Position numbers and translations under genes: made by a program. Positions 40,530 through 54,200 of a stretch of DNA of 64,000 nt are shown piece by piece. A model generated the notes under the pieces. The model saw only the letters and a program-made list of their open reading frames with translations, was not told the DNA's origin and ran no database searches. The DNA is from Hamiltosporidium tvaerminnensis FI-OER-3-3. Taxonomy: Eukaryota; Fungi; Microsporidia. Position 1 is the first letter of the stretch. Each line of letters opens with the position of its first letter. Where the stretch lies: assembly GCA_022605425.2 (NCBI GenBank), contig CM061252.1:905013-969012 (forward strand), read 5' to 3'.

Positions 40530-42550
40530 AAAATTAAATATTTATGATTTTAGCATAGTTAAAGGACATTTAAATGTTTTTATAAATTTAACTAAAGTTT
40601 TTTGACGAATTAGAAATGATTTAGGTATTTAAAAATGTAACCATGAAATATAAGCAACAAATTATTTTCATTTACAAATTTTTAATGAAAAAACATATAT
40701 TTATCAATTAGAATAAAAAATTGCAAAAATGTTTTATTAAATATATTTAAATTGTAAACCTACCGAAATAAAATTTTAAATGCTATAGTGATGAACTTTA
40801 GAAGCAAGAAAACATAAATTAGATGTTCATATGCCCCTTAATATGTTTTAATATTTATGTTTTCTCTTGGTTTTAAATCCAACAAAAGATTTTTTTTCTA
40901 AAAAATATAATTTCTTTATATTTTTTTAAAATGTTCTACCCTTATGATTCTGAAATCAAAATGTATTTTTAATGAAGAAGTTGGAATGAAGAGTGAATAA
41001 AGAAAGAAAAACACAAAAGTTGAAAATAAGTGAATAGCGGCAACGATGAGGATGAATGTTGTTTATCATTTTTATCTGCATTTTAATGGATTGCTCAATA
41101 ATGATTTTGTTTTAATAATGGTTTGCAGTTATAAATAAATCATTTGAAAAAGGATTATATGGCGATGCTGTTGGATATCGGGCACAACGCCGTGAAAGTT
41201 GTATGGAACAAATGAAGGAATATTGTAGTTTGATTTCCGATTATGTTATTTTGGAAACCATTTTTTGAAGGACAGGGTTTTTTATCTAAAGAGTTCCTTT
41301 CTTCTTGGTAAAAAAATTTCTGGTAATACGAAAGGGAGAAGTGAAAAGAAAGCACGATGGGTGGTAAGTAAGTTAACGTCTGCTTCTTGGTAAATTGTCT
41401 ATATTCGATGGGTTTAGGCTTCGTAAAAAAGAATATTGAAACCATGAAGGATTTTGGAGTCTCATGAACAAGTTCTACATCTGCACTTTCTGCTGAAATC
41501 GTACAAAATGTATACAATTGTGTCTTTGTCGAATTTGTACACATGTAATGCTGTTGTGATGTAGATTATGGAAGTATTGTGAGTTAAAAAAAATTAATTC
41601 GCAAAAATATTTTTCATGCTCTGAGAAAAGAAACCATCCAAAATTTGATTTATTGAGATACGTTTATAAAAAGGTTTTCAAAAATAAATACAAAAATCAA
41701 ATATTTATAAAAATTTATAATAAAAACTGCATCTGTGAAGTACTTAATAAGAATATCACTGTTAGTTAATCGAACAAAATTACATTGAAATATTAGAAAT
41801 TTTGTTTAGAAAAGGTGGAAATATTGGTTGGTATTTTAAGAAAGAAGAATTAAACTAATATCTATGATTTGAAGAAAACTTAAATAAAATAATTTAATTG
41901 GCTTGATCTGTATTTGGTTTCGTCGTCATATAATAGAAAAAAACAATTTTTTTAAAATATATTTCACACTTCCTAAACCTATTAAAGTTTTCTTTGTGTT
42001 ATTCATTCTCTTCTAATTTAAAAGGGTTTCAGCTTTTAAATTCAGTTTATGTTATATTTCTTGGGCCACAATCCAGGGCTTTATGTTATAAAATTTACTT
42101 GCTAAATATCCGTCAATTTAAAAAAAGTTAATATATCTTTGGTGTCTTAAACTATACTAGAATTATTTTATCCAGAATATTTTATTTAGTTACAACAATG
42201 GTTTTCTATTTTGCCAAAAAAAATACAATTAATTTGTATAAAAAGTGAGTATATTGGTAAATTATAAATATATTCAATAAGTTTTGGTATATCTTAAGAT
42301 TGTTATTAGACTCATTTTAGAATAAATAAAGCGTAGGAATAACACTCTGATTAAATAAGATTAACAGACTTTAAAAAGCTCACAACTAATTTATATATAA
42401 TAACGATTGCGTGATTGGTTTTAGATTAAAAACTTGAAGCGATTGTTTAGATAAAAAGGATGAGTAATCATGTTTACTAAAGTTATTCATTTTTTAAAAT
42501 TTTTTATGCAAATAAACTAATATTTTTTGGATGTCTTTTTTTTATAACTA
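40530..42550. pseudogene. Duplicated segment Y, copy B (contains ORF-track 41155-41544)
   Basis: Paralog of 13340-15310; the duplication continues through U copy 6 to ~44990. Confidence 0.6.
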
Positions 42551-44500
42551 TTCATACCGAAACTTTCGAATTGGTAAATCCAGGTATAGATGTAACTCTT
42601 TGCCTTCTAGTTTATGTAATAGGCTTTTATTTTATTGGTAGAGTTATTTATAAATATATTTTAAGTGAAAGAATTTACTAATTTTGTAAAATCAGACTTA
42701 AACAAGATCAAATGGGTTTTTGCACACTACCATTTGAATCCTATCTAAACTAGACAAGTAAATAATCTTATATACTATTTTCAAGATGCAAATCAGCTTG
42801 GGTGTTCAAGATGTACAAATTTGTTTCGAATTTTCTGGAAACTGTATGGTAGTCGAGTGTGGAACGAGTTTCTTTCGATTAATTAGGTTAAACCATTGTA
42901 TAGTTGATTAGGTAATAGAGGTTTAAGAATATCATATTACTAAGTTACATGTATACAATTCAGAGGAAAAAAATTTAAGATTGATCATATTTTTTTTAAG
43001 TTTTGAATGTCTGATTGTCTTTCTTTCTATATTCTAAGTGTAGCATCAAAATTTTATAATATAATATTAAACCAACAAACCCAATCATAAAAATTTTATT
43101 TAGTGGATTAGAATAGAAGTCTCGTTTCATAAACATATTTGATTTTTTAATTATTCGAATATAATATTCATCTATAAAAATGTTTTGATATGAAAGTTTT
43201 ATTAATTCTCTTATATTACTTCATTCTAATTAATTTCTGAAAAGTTTGAAACTTTATCTATTGCTTTACATACAAACAAGAACAGAATATATTAATTATT
43301 TAAAAAATAAGTATAGTTAATTTACGTGTAATAAAATAAAAATAATTTAAGGTTTACCTTTAGCTAAACTAAAATTAAAATATCTGTAAAATATTCTATA
43401 GTTCAAATATTTTTTGTATTGTATTTACGACTTCATAAACAAGTTTAAGAGCCAAAACAATACAAAATTAACTATTTCAAGAATTAATTTTAGAATTTTG
43501 TCTAAACAAGAGAAATGACTTAAAAAAATGCAAATTAACATAAAAAGTTACTTAAAAACATTATTTAAATTCGGGTTTAATATATAAGTAGTATAATAGA
43601 AATAAAGTTATCACACAGGAGATTTTATTGTACTATCGATTCATTTAAATTTAATTTTGTAAATCTTTACCATATAATATTAATTCTAAAAACAGACTTA
43701 GCATTGATAAAGAAAATCAATATACTTATAATTATTACCATTTAAGTCAGTAAAATACGGCACATAGTAAAAAAATCGACTATTTTTTTTTATATGAGTA
43801 TATCAAGGAGATTTAAATATTAAAATTAACTAATATAGATTATAGTATATGAATAATAAATGCATGCCTATAAATATAGAGAATATCAAATATATTTTAA
43901 TTAGGCAATATTAACATTTTTCTTCTATTCTCTTGAAAATAGTATACAAGAAATTTTAAATACTTTTAGATGTATATGTTTTTTCGACTTAGCTTTATAT
44001 TCTTTTTATGCTAAAGAACCAATACATATATAATACTTGGCAGTTTGCTTCATTTTCGGAAAAGTAACTAATATGAGGTTATATAGAAATCCAAAGTTAC
44101 GTATGAATACCCTATATGATTAATGTTTCAATCAATATATTGAAGGCTTCTAAAAACAAATTCGGCAATTTTAATATGGCCATATTTAGGTTAAACACAA
44201 CGTATTATGACAAAGATTAGAAAATCATATTTTAAGATACTTAGATAAGGTTTTAATAGTCCAAATATTCTAAAAACACAAAAAAAACCACCAATACCTA
44301 CTGCACGAAAACTTCCAATTATGGTAAATTTTATAAGTTATTAAGGTTACCCCCTTAAAATCCTATAAGAAAAAATAATACTTAGATATAGTTTTAAATA
44401 TTACATATTGATATGAAATAATGAATTTGAAGTTAAATGATTATAAAATGAATATAATCTATTAAAATAAAATAAAATGAGACTTTATTAAGAAATATGA
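42550..44500. repeat. Unit U copy 6
   Basis: Same anchors; terminal block at 44040-44370. The minus strand has a ~65-codon open stretch (RELIKLSYQNIFIDEYYIRIIKK...) that matches copy 3. Confidence 0.85.
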
Positions 44501-44989
44501 ATCACTTTATTTTAAAAACGAAGGTTGAAACAAATATACAGGTTTTATATGTAGAGAAACTGCTTGTGCAAGTATCAAGGTAGAACTAAAAATTAAAACA
44601 GGAAACGAATACTCTAAAAAAATATAAACAAATCTAAAACGGTAGAGTTGAATAAAAAAACTCAAAATTCAAAAAAAGTATATAAAAGTATCACCAAAAT
44701 AAATTTAAGCAAAACAAACTGGATATAAAAATTATTCTAAACTTAGAAAAAATTGCTAAGCCAATGAAAAAACCGAAATAATACACTTAATACAATTATA
44801 GATTGAAAAAATGATAATAAAATATAAAATTTATTAAGCTTTTATATAAAAGATTGATTTAAGAAAACAACTTTTATTAATACAACCAACTTAATATTAT
44901 ACCCTAAAAAACACCCAAAGTATCAGTTTATATCACAATAAAGACTAAACATATTTGCTCAATAATAAAATTAGTCAACAAACTAGTGA

Positions 44990-45260
44990 TAAACTCTCAC
45001 CAGTAATCTAAAGACAATTTTTTCTTCATCGTTTAACACTACAGCCCTGCAAATAACTTGGTCTGTTTCGATAAAGCCACCCTCCAGTCTTTCTATAGTT
45101 GATTCGTTTACTCTTTCTGGTTCCCAAAATGATAGTTCTAAAGGTTAGTTTGTCAGCCCTACGCAAAACCCCAACCCGAAGAACCAGTCTTTTTTAGTCT
45201 CCTCTTAAGAAAGCAGTGAATATTTCGAGCCAATTCGGCTTCCGACATGATTGAGAAATA
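44990..45260 (-). pseudogene. Short GC-elevated coding-like fragment
   Basis: MSEAELARNIHCFLKRRLKKTG, then after a frame change PLELSFWEPERVNESTIERLEGGFIETDQVICRAVVLNDEEKIVFRLLVRVYH. No family recognised. Confidence 0.35.
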
Positions 45261-47699
45261 AGGTTTCTATGGTTCCGTATATTTGCAGATTATATTATAA
45301 TGTGCCAGAAGGTAAAACAAATTTTTAGGATAATCCAGATCTTAGAAACTAGAATTCACAATTCAAACAAATTTTAAAGAATAATGTAAAGAAAAATAAT
45401 TAGTCATAGCGATTTTCACATGTCATTTTAGTAATAAATGGTTTTAGAAAAATCTTGACAACATAATTAGGTTTTTTTATTTATTTTTTTTTTGTATTTT
45501 TGCAAAATTAAGTTTAAAATTTTGATACTTCTCTCCTTAAAATCTACAGATTTCTTTTTAATCCTTCGATGATTCAGATATTATTTTAAAATTATAATGG
45601 CTTGCATTTTTAAGCATTATTATAATTGTCGTTCTCTCAAACATTATATATTAGTGATTCTTTTCTATTATGGTGTTTATGTATAGGATCTATAAACTCA
45701 AAGGGGAAAATGCTGACTAAATAAAAGTATTGATTTATAAATTGTTTTTTAAAGAATAGAAAATCCTTTTATTTGCAATTTGATTAAAATATTAAGCATT
45801 AACTCCGTTGCTAAAATCCAAATTAGGAAAAAATATATGGCTTTTTTATTTTTTTTAGATAGAAAAAATGGTCAAAATATTTTAATTACTTGTTACATAA
45901 TATTAAAGTGAGAAAATTTATAAGAACAGTAAATAAACGTATGTCTTTATTCAAAGATTAAATTTTCTTGATGTTTTTATATCTGTTTGATTAAATTTAC
46001 AGATACTAATATTAAATTATTTAAAACATATAGTTAAATTAATAATTTATTTTTTTAAGAATAATATATCGTTGAAGATTGTCATTTGGAAAGTTAAAAA
46101 ACCTATAATATTCCCAAATTCAAATAAAAATAGCTCAAAAGTAGTTTCTGTTTTATTGTCAGTTGAATTGAGAGTAAAATAGTATATAGAAAAAGAAAAT
46201 ATTTTGAGTTTTTAGTATAAACGGTCAGATATTATTTTTAAATTAAAATTTTTAAAAAAATGATTCAAAATTTAAAGTAAAATTTTTTTATTAGAATACA
46301 ATTCATAGAAACTACGAAAAGCGACATTTGTATTATGAACGAAAAACATATATGAATCACAAATTGTTTTTCTATTGATTTTTTGACCCTTACATATAGA
46401 TATATAATAGTCAAAAAAACATTTAGAAGTTATCTCTTTAAAATATATTTTTTTTTGACTACGTTTACATAAAAAATATTTCTTAAAAAGTTTTTACTCG
46501 AATTTTTACATATAATATATGTATGTATATCGAAAAAACAAATTATGAAATAAGATAGGCGTTAAAAACCAACCAAAAATATTGGTATAACGAAATTGAA
46601 TTTTAAAATCATAATCAAAAAAATTGAACTAACATAAAAAATATAAAAAATAAAATATCATATACGATATAATTTCGTAAATGAATAATTTAATATATAG
46701 AGACATGAAATGAATAACAATTTAAAAATAAAAAAAGATAAAAAATAAAACAATCAAAAATCAATAATAGTTGTATTCACGAAAGACGAAAAATTCTAAT
46801 AATTAAAAACCAGAATATTTTTATTGGGATTAAATTTAGCAAAAACTAAAAATATAAGAAAAAAAATCCTAAGTAGTGATTCATTTCCTGCATGGCTATT
46901 GATATTAATATTTCTCTTTTTTTCTAAAACAGTTCTTTTTTTTTCCTTTTATTTATCTAAATCCTTTAACTTTAAAATATTTTAGACATATATAGATAGT
47001 AATGAAATATACAAACTTGGAAAAATTAAAAAAAAGTTATAATATTTAAAAATACATAAACAAACAGTAAAACCAAAAAAAATAGTAATATTTATTACAC
47101 GTGTAGCATTCTCTTGTTTTCTTGCATTTTCAAAACCACTTCTTCGTTTTAATTGACATAATATTTAAATCTGATTCCCTTTAAGATATTACTAATATTT
47201 TTGCATTTCTAAAAAATAAATATAAAAGCAAAAAACGAAAGCCTTCTAATTCGAATCAAAAATTATTTGAATATAATAAAGCATACATGAATAGGAATAG
47301 ATGTCAAAGAAAGGACAAGAACATCTGGCAACTTCACGAAAGAACTAGGTGTAGTATAAAATTTTTATACAGTAGAAATTTAATTAAAAAATATAAATCC
47401 AAAAATTGTATTAAAGACTAGAATAAAGGTGATAAAACCCGAAACTTTGTATTTATACTTGGTTCGAAACCCGTAGAATAGTTATAATTACTTAGAAATT
47501 ATTGTTCCTATGGCATATGGAACCACACCATTAATCCATTCCTTTTATATAATTCCTTTACCTATAAACCCATAATAATTTATTTTCACGATCATATTTT
47601 GTACACTCCTCTAATATTTTAAAAAATTGCTTTTCTTACATCGTATCATACTGAGAATTTTTACCCTGACGAGATAATACTACACATAAGAAAAGCAAT

Positions 47700-50600
47700 A
47701 TGTATTCCACTAATCGAGATGTTTTAAAATTATAAAAAATAAAAAAGGCACATGGTAGATATATTGTTTAGCGGTTTTTTTCGGATACCAAGATATCATT
47801 CCTATGATTCTTAAATAAAAAAATAATAAATTTTATGTATAAAAAATTTCATTCTTAAACTAAGTATCGATGTTAATAATTTTTAAATACTAAATAAATT
47901 ATTTTTATTTTTTAAGAATGTACTAGGCTATGAAGTTTTTTTTTGTTAAGACTGGACATTTCATGGTTTAAAATTCGGATTTTCTTGGTAATTCCGGTAT
48001 GGTCATCAAAATCTTAATTATCATATAAAGTCCGAAAAAAAATTCAAAATGCTTCATCCTAATTGATTAAAATCTTAAAAACTACAGATTTTTATTTTTT
48101 AAAAAATATTTCTGTTTCTATCATACATTTATTGTAAATGATTATAAATTGTTTTTTTTAGAAAATATTTGGATATTTTTGTGTTTTTTTTTTGAAATGA
48201 ATTGATATAAATAGTAAATCCATTATCATTGATTATTCTGTATGTTAGCGAAAGCGTAGTTTTAAATGGTTTTTATAATATATTATCTAAAAGAAACAAA
48301 GTGCAATATAGGCTCTGTGTTTTTCTATGAACTTAAAAAACATACTATATCATTTAGTTTTATTATATCCAAAGCTTCAAAGAAAGAAATACTTACAGAC
48401 ATTAGATACATATGATTGTCTATATGAGGTTATATATAAAATTATAAAACCTTAAGAAGCATTCTGTAGTATTCCATGTTATCATCGTGGAATCTTATTG
48501 TAACCTCATTGGTAACACTTCTGCTACTTTATAGATTTTAACGAGGGTTTAAAGAGCCATATTCATAACGAAATCATTTATATACGACAAATAAATCCTG
48601 TAATCTTACAAATTTACTATTCACAAAGTTAAGACGTAGGTTTATTGTCAAATCTTTAGAGCATTATATAATAATTTATCTCAATTATTTGAGGCGAAGT
48701 ATCTCTTGCATATTTTGCTACACCCCAAAAAAAATCTTATACGTTTTACTGCTGTTGCCTACAGAAAATATCTTCTTTGTATAGAAATATATTTTTCTTA
48801 TTCCTGTCAGTGCATAACCATTCATACAAGCTAATGATATATTAAACGGTGCGAGGATAAGATAAAGATCCGTTTAAATTCTTTAGGTTCATCTCTGAGT
48901 TAAATTCTTTGAGTTCTTCTGTAATTGTATAACTCCTTTCTATAAAAAGACTTGCCTATAATAGCCTATATTCCATAGAATGCCTTTTAAATTTGATATA
49001 TTTCTCGCAGAATTTCATTTCAACAAAGTTAGTCATATAAACGCTTATATATTTTACCCGAAAAAGAACAACAATGCTTTGTTGTGGAATATTTTCGAAT
49101 ACTAGCAGATGATTTAACGTACTTGTCTTTATAAAAAACTTTATGTGTAAGATCTGAACTATATCTTATGTTTGAAACCATAATTTTTTGCATCGATTTT
49201 CTAGTAGTTTTATTAATAATATTAGTATCTATGAACCATATTTCTTTTCCGCGCTGCTGGTTTCTCTTTTAAGGAATATTTAAATTGAAAAGATTTTCAA
49301 ATGAAAATATTATAGAGTAAATAGAAACATTTCATTCATTAACCTTAAGTAAGTTTAATTTCAAACTTAGATTTTTCATGCTTCTTGAATCACATTTGTC
49401 CGTATAACATCAATTTAATTTCTTTTTTTGAAATATTTATTTAGTGTGTGTTTAGTATATAATTCTAAAACAATATTTCTTGTCTGTTCGTAATTTAAAA
49501 TATCTTCTTTTGAATAAATAGATATAGCAGTCTATATGAACTTTATAAATGATCAATTCAGGTTAGATAACTTATATTACAATGCAATTTCACAAAATTT
49601 TAGTGTAGTATACCTCAACCAACAATCTAAAATTTTTCGAAATTTAATTAATTTGTTAATTTCTTAATTATTTTACTTTCGCTTATATAAAATATTGAAT
49701 TGAATTATCTCAAGTGTTTCCGCTAGATTTTTAAATCTTTAGAATCGAGTTATTGAATTCTATTGATTTTTCTTTCCGTGCAGAAGTTCTTTGGTGCCTA
49801 AAGTAACTTCCGATGCAAAAATTCTAGCCTTTTCTTGATTAAAAAAATATTTAAAAGCGAAGTTTTTTTTTAGTTGGAAGTCTTCTATGAACCTAGCAAC
49901 TAGCTTTGAAATTTCAAATTTTTTAATAAGTCAATTGAATATTTAGACTACATTGTTGTCATATGCTTTCAATCCTGTATAAAAAATTTACGATTTTGAT
50001 TTTTAATTTCTAAACACATAGAATAATTTTTAAATTTAAAAAGTTTTTTTGAATGATAAAATTGATGATAGTGTCTAGAAGAAAGGTATTAAATTAGTTT
50101 TAGATTGTTCGAATTATGATGTATTTCAATACTCACGGGTCCTATATAACAGCATTTCAAGATTGTAGTAACCTAAAATCAATATATCAGATGTGTAATT
50201 AAGTAAAGAGATGATTCGATCATTTGTGTATCCGTTATTATAGGAAAGTAGAAAGAAAAGGTATGTATCAAATCCTTAAGACTTCGAATTGTGTTATAGA
50301 ACCAATTAAGCTATAACGCATTGCTTTTTTAGAAAGCCCAATAATTCTAACTGATTTAAAGTTTCGATTCTTAACTACAAATCAGAGTTTCAAAGCAATG
50401 ATTCTATAATTTCATAAATATATGACAACTTATAAACGAGGTTTCTGTGAATGCTAATATAATAAAGTTCATCCTAAATCAAATTATGTATATTTAATTA
50501 TTTTGAAAGAGAAATCCAACTATGTTTAAATCGATTTATTGAACTATGGTAAGTTTATTTGGATGAAACGTAATTTAATTTTCTGAACCAAAAATTTTAA

Positions 50601-51200
50601 CCATTATATTACCTATAAGAAACACAAAGGTTTCTGGTTAAGATCAGGATAATTATACTGCCTTTTTTTAATTCAAACATTAGAGTTTTCAATAAATTTT
50701 ATTTACTTTCTAATTTTGCTCTTGGTAATATCAGGATCTTTTTTATCCGAATATTTCCAAATTATCATTAAGATGAGTTATCCGGTCACGATCCAAAAAG
50801 ATTATAAATTTAAATTTATATAATTCTCATTGCATATAACCTTTACTGTGTTTCTTTTAGAAATCCACAGCTTAACATATCTGCTTATTTTAGTGTTAGC
50901 TATCCTAAGACTAAATATAAAGTTTACTTGAAACCTTTTAGTACCCTTAAAATACAAAATAAGAGCTGTTTTTATTGTGAAATTGCTTTCAACCAGTTTA
51001 TTTGTAATACCTGATATTTTCTTAGGCTAAGTTTTGCCTTTTTATAAGATTCTATATGCCGTGGATCTTCAGTCTTTACCTTTTTTATTTTTATGTAAAT
51101 ATTTTAGTTCTTTGATTTTTAATTATAGATTACTATATGATACAGTTTATTCTTATATAAACCATATGAATACATTTAACGGAATCATCGACCTAATAGA
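47700..51200 (-). pseudogene. Distant paralog of relic F
   Basis: Short matches at a near-constant offset of ~23.7-23.9 kb (AACCATAAT 25327/49176; AAACTTA.ATTTT..TGCTT; TAGCCTT..TATTTAAA; ATTTATT.A...ATGG). LSLRMKF lies at the position equivalent to LSLGFKF. Confidence 0.45.
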
Positions 51201-54200
51201 CTTTCTAAAAAATTGTAGTTTGCTCGAGGAACAGTAAGCTTTTGACCTGCGTTTCTGTTTGTTGTACTATGTGAAAAATCAGAAAATAAATAAGCTCATG
51301 TTTTATGAATCACGTTTTTCATGATTTATACTAGGGTCTTATAGATTTTTCTGCTTCGAATATAAGTTTTTTTTTGACATATTAAGTCTTTCATTTGACT
51401 GAGAGCCAGTATAAGATACCATGAGAAAAAATTTGAAAGCATTTAAATTATACAATTCATAAAATTTGGGTTTGAATGATTTTTTGGTATACTTTTTTAA
51501 TTTTACCCAGTTTCTTCAGAACTACTCGTGCGAAAGTATGATAAAAAGTATTCTTGAATTATTCAGTGTTCATTTTCAGTTTAAATTATAATTTAGTTCA
51601 TTTTCGATTTAAAAATTTTTTATCTTCATTTGAAACGTATCGATTTTTCTTTAATTTTATCTGCCGAAAAATTGCAACGATATTAAAATTATAATCTAAT
51701 TAAAATTTTCTATTTGTGCATATTTCTTCATAAAACATTCCGAGTTTCTTAGGAAATTTTTTTATTATGTAAAAATTTATAAAAAAAAGGGAAATACAGT
51801 AGCAAAATTTCGAGTGAGATTCATTGAACCTTTTTACCATCTCTAAATATACAAAGTACCATAATTATTATTTCATAAACCTAAAAGTGAACTCATTATT
51901 TAGATTTTAATAAATCTATACAATGCAAAAAAGGCGAAAAATATTATAAAAATTCTGAAATGTAGATTCTTTTAGAAACTAAAATATTTGACACACATAA
52001 AACGGTTATACAATTTAAATACCAATAATAAAGGCTAATAAGAGGAAATAACATTATATTAGTAATTTATCAGAAAATCTAGTCTTATTTTCTAACCTGT
52101 AACATTATTATATTGTCTGCCTGGTTTAATTGACTATTTCAAAAATATTTAAATAGAAGCAAAAGGAAATAGAATAAAAAATAGAAAACAATATTTTAAC
52201 GTAATTTAGTAGACACTAGTAAATAATAATTCAAGACTTGTAATTATTCGTCTTACTTTATTTCTATTTTTTGTATTTCTATTTATGAAACTATCAAAAT
52301 TAATAATTACTTTAAATGAAACCAAGTCAAGAAGATATTAATAAACATAAAAAAAACGCTAAAAATTTTAATAGACAAATATGTCTTTTTTAGACAAACT
52401 ACTGTTTTTTACCCTTATGTATAAATTTAAAAAGTATCAACTGTTTTTAAAAGTGTTTCATCCTAATTTATTTTATGTATCAAGGAAACCCAAATAATAT
52501 AAAATAAATTTATATTCTTTAAATCGACATCAAGATAGCTTAATTTATTAAAATATCATATTTTTAAATACAATTAGAATACACCAGCACTGTGAAATTA
52601 GACTCGCTATATCAGAAAATATTTTAATAAAATAATGTAAAAAAAAATAAATTCAAAAACCATTAAGAATTAAATATTAATCTAAAAAACGACTACAGTT
52701 TTTTTTAATTGAAATAGAAATTTGGTAATAAACAAGGGAGACATTACAATTAACTTATTTTATGTAATTTAATTTAAATTTAAAAAAGGTATTTTGCAGC
52801 TTTGATCTTTACAATCTAAAAAACCTCCTTATATCTATAGATTCCATACTACAAATGAATTTATAAAACAAAGGTCTTAAATGCTAAAACTTGTTTTAAT
52901 ATTCTATTTACATATAATTCTACAGACTAAATTTTTCTTTTCTTTTATAATAGCTAGAAATATTATAATAAACACAAATTAATAAAAAAGATGCTAACAT
53001 TTGGAAATATATAAAAATAATTTAATAGAATAAGTGCTAACAGTTACAATATATTTTTAAAGGAGAACTTGTACTCAAAAAGTAAAATAATTTCCTAATA
53101 TTTTTAATTACATTGATTTATTGAGTATAGCAAATTTAATAAAAAATATTAAATAAATAAAATAGCCAGGCTTATTCTTTTTAATCAAATAAAAATTACA
53201 AACTAGTATCTTTTTAATTTAATAAATGTCCTAATTATTTTTTTTTTTCAAATTTATATCATATTACATTTTACTTCCTTACAAATTAAATATAAAAAAA
53301 AATTGCTACATCCAATATTTACATATGTGAAATAAATTACAGTAGTTAAGATAACTACATTATACAAGTTTCATTTCAAAATCAAAATGTAGTATCTAGT
53401 TATTAGAAAAAAACCTAAAGTATTAACTAAAAAAAACTATGATCAATAAGTATTGTAAAAAAATGTTATTTATGAATGGATTTTAATATATTGCTTTTCT
53501 ATATATCATATAAACCCCAACACAAATATCAAAAGACGACATAAATTAGTTTCACACACAAATATATTCATTTATAATAATTTAGAAAGTATCGTACAAA
53601 TTTTTGTCATATTTCTCTTATAGCTTCCTTTCACCTTGAAAAAATCCTCGAAGTTTCTATTTTATCATCAAAATTAGAGATAATCTTCAAAACAAAGATA
53701 ATTGATATTTAAAGGTAGTATCCAATTTATTTTATAATAAAATTAATAGGTTTAAAACTTCGTATTTATCTTCTATTTGAGCAGATTATAAATATATTAG
53801 TAAGTTTTACCAATGTAATTTTAAAATTTAGAATTTCTTTTATTACTATGTAAAACGTAAAAAAAAAAATTAAAAACATGTATAAATCCCCTTTCATATA
53901 ATCCATCAAAAGACAATAAATTTTTTTAAAAACAGTATATAGATATAATGAACCAAAGAGCAAGTTACGAAAAATACCCATAATGTCAGATTTAAAGAAC
54001 CCTAAGATCAGATATTCTTTTGAAAAGCCTGCGAGAGATACAATAGAGGAAATATATTAAGTCTGGTACAGCTGAATATGATATATGTTTTGATTTCTTT
54101 TTTGATTATAAATTTGTACCATATGATTTATTAATTGGAAAGAATCATATTACATTTCTTTAAAGATATTCTACGATTTCCCTCCTCTTTTATATATTGG

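Noticed and set aside
70-44370. Unit U as a CRISPR-like array or as LTRs
   Set aside because: Spacing is kilobases, the copies are diverged, there are no TG...CA ends, PBS, PPT or cas genes, and the context is eukaryotic.
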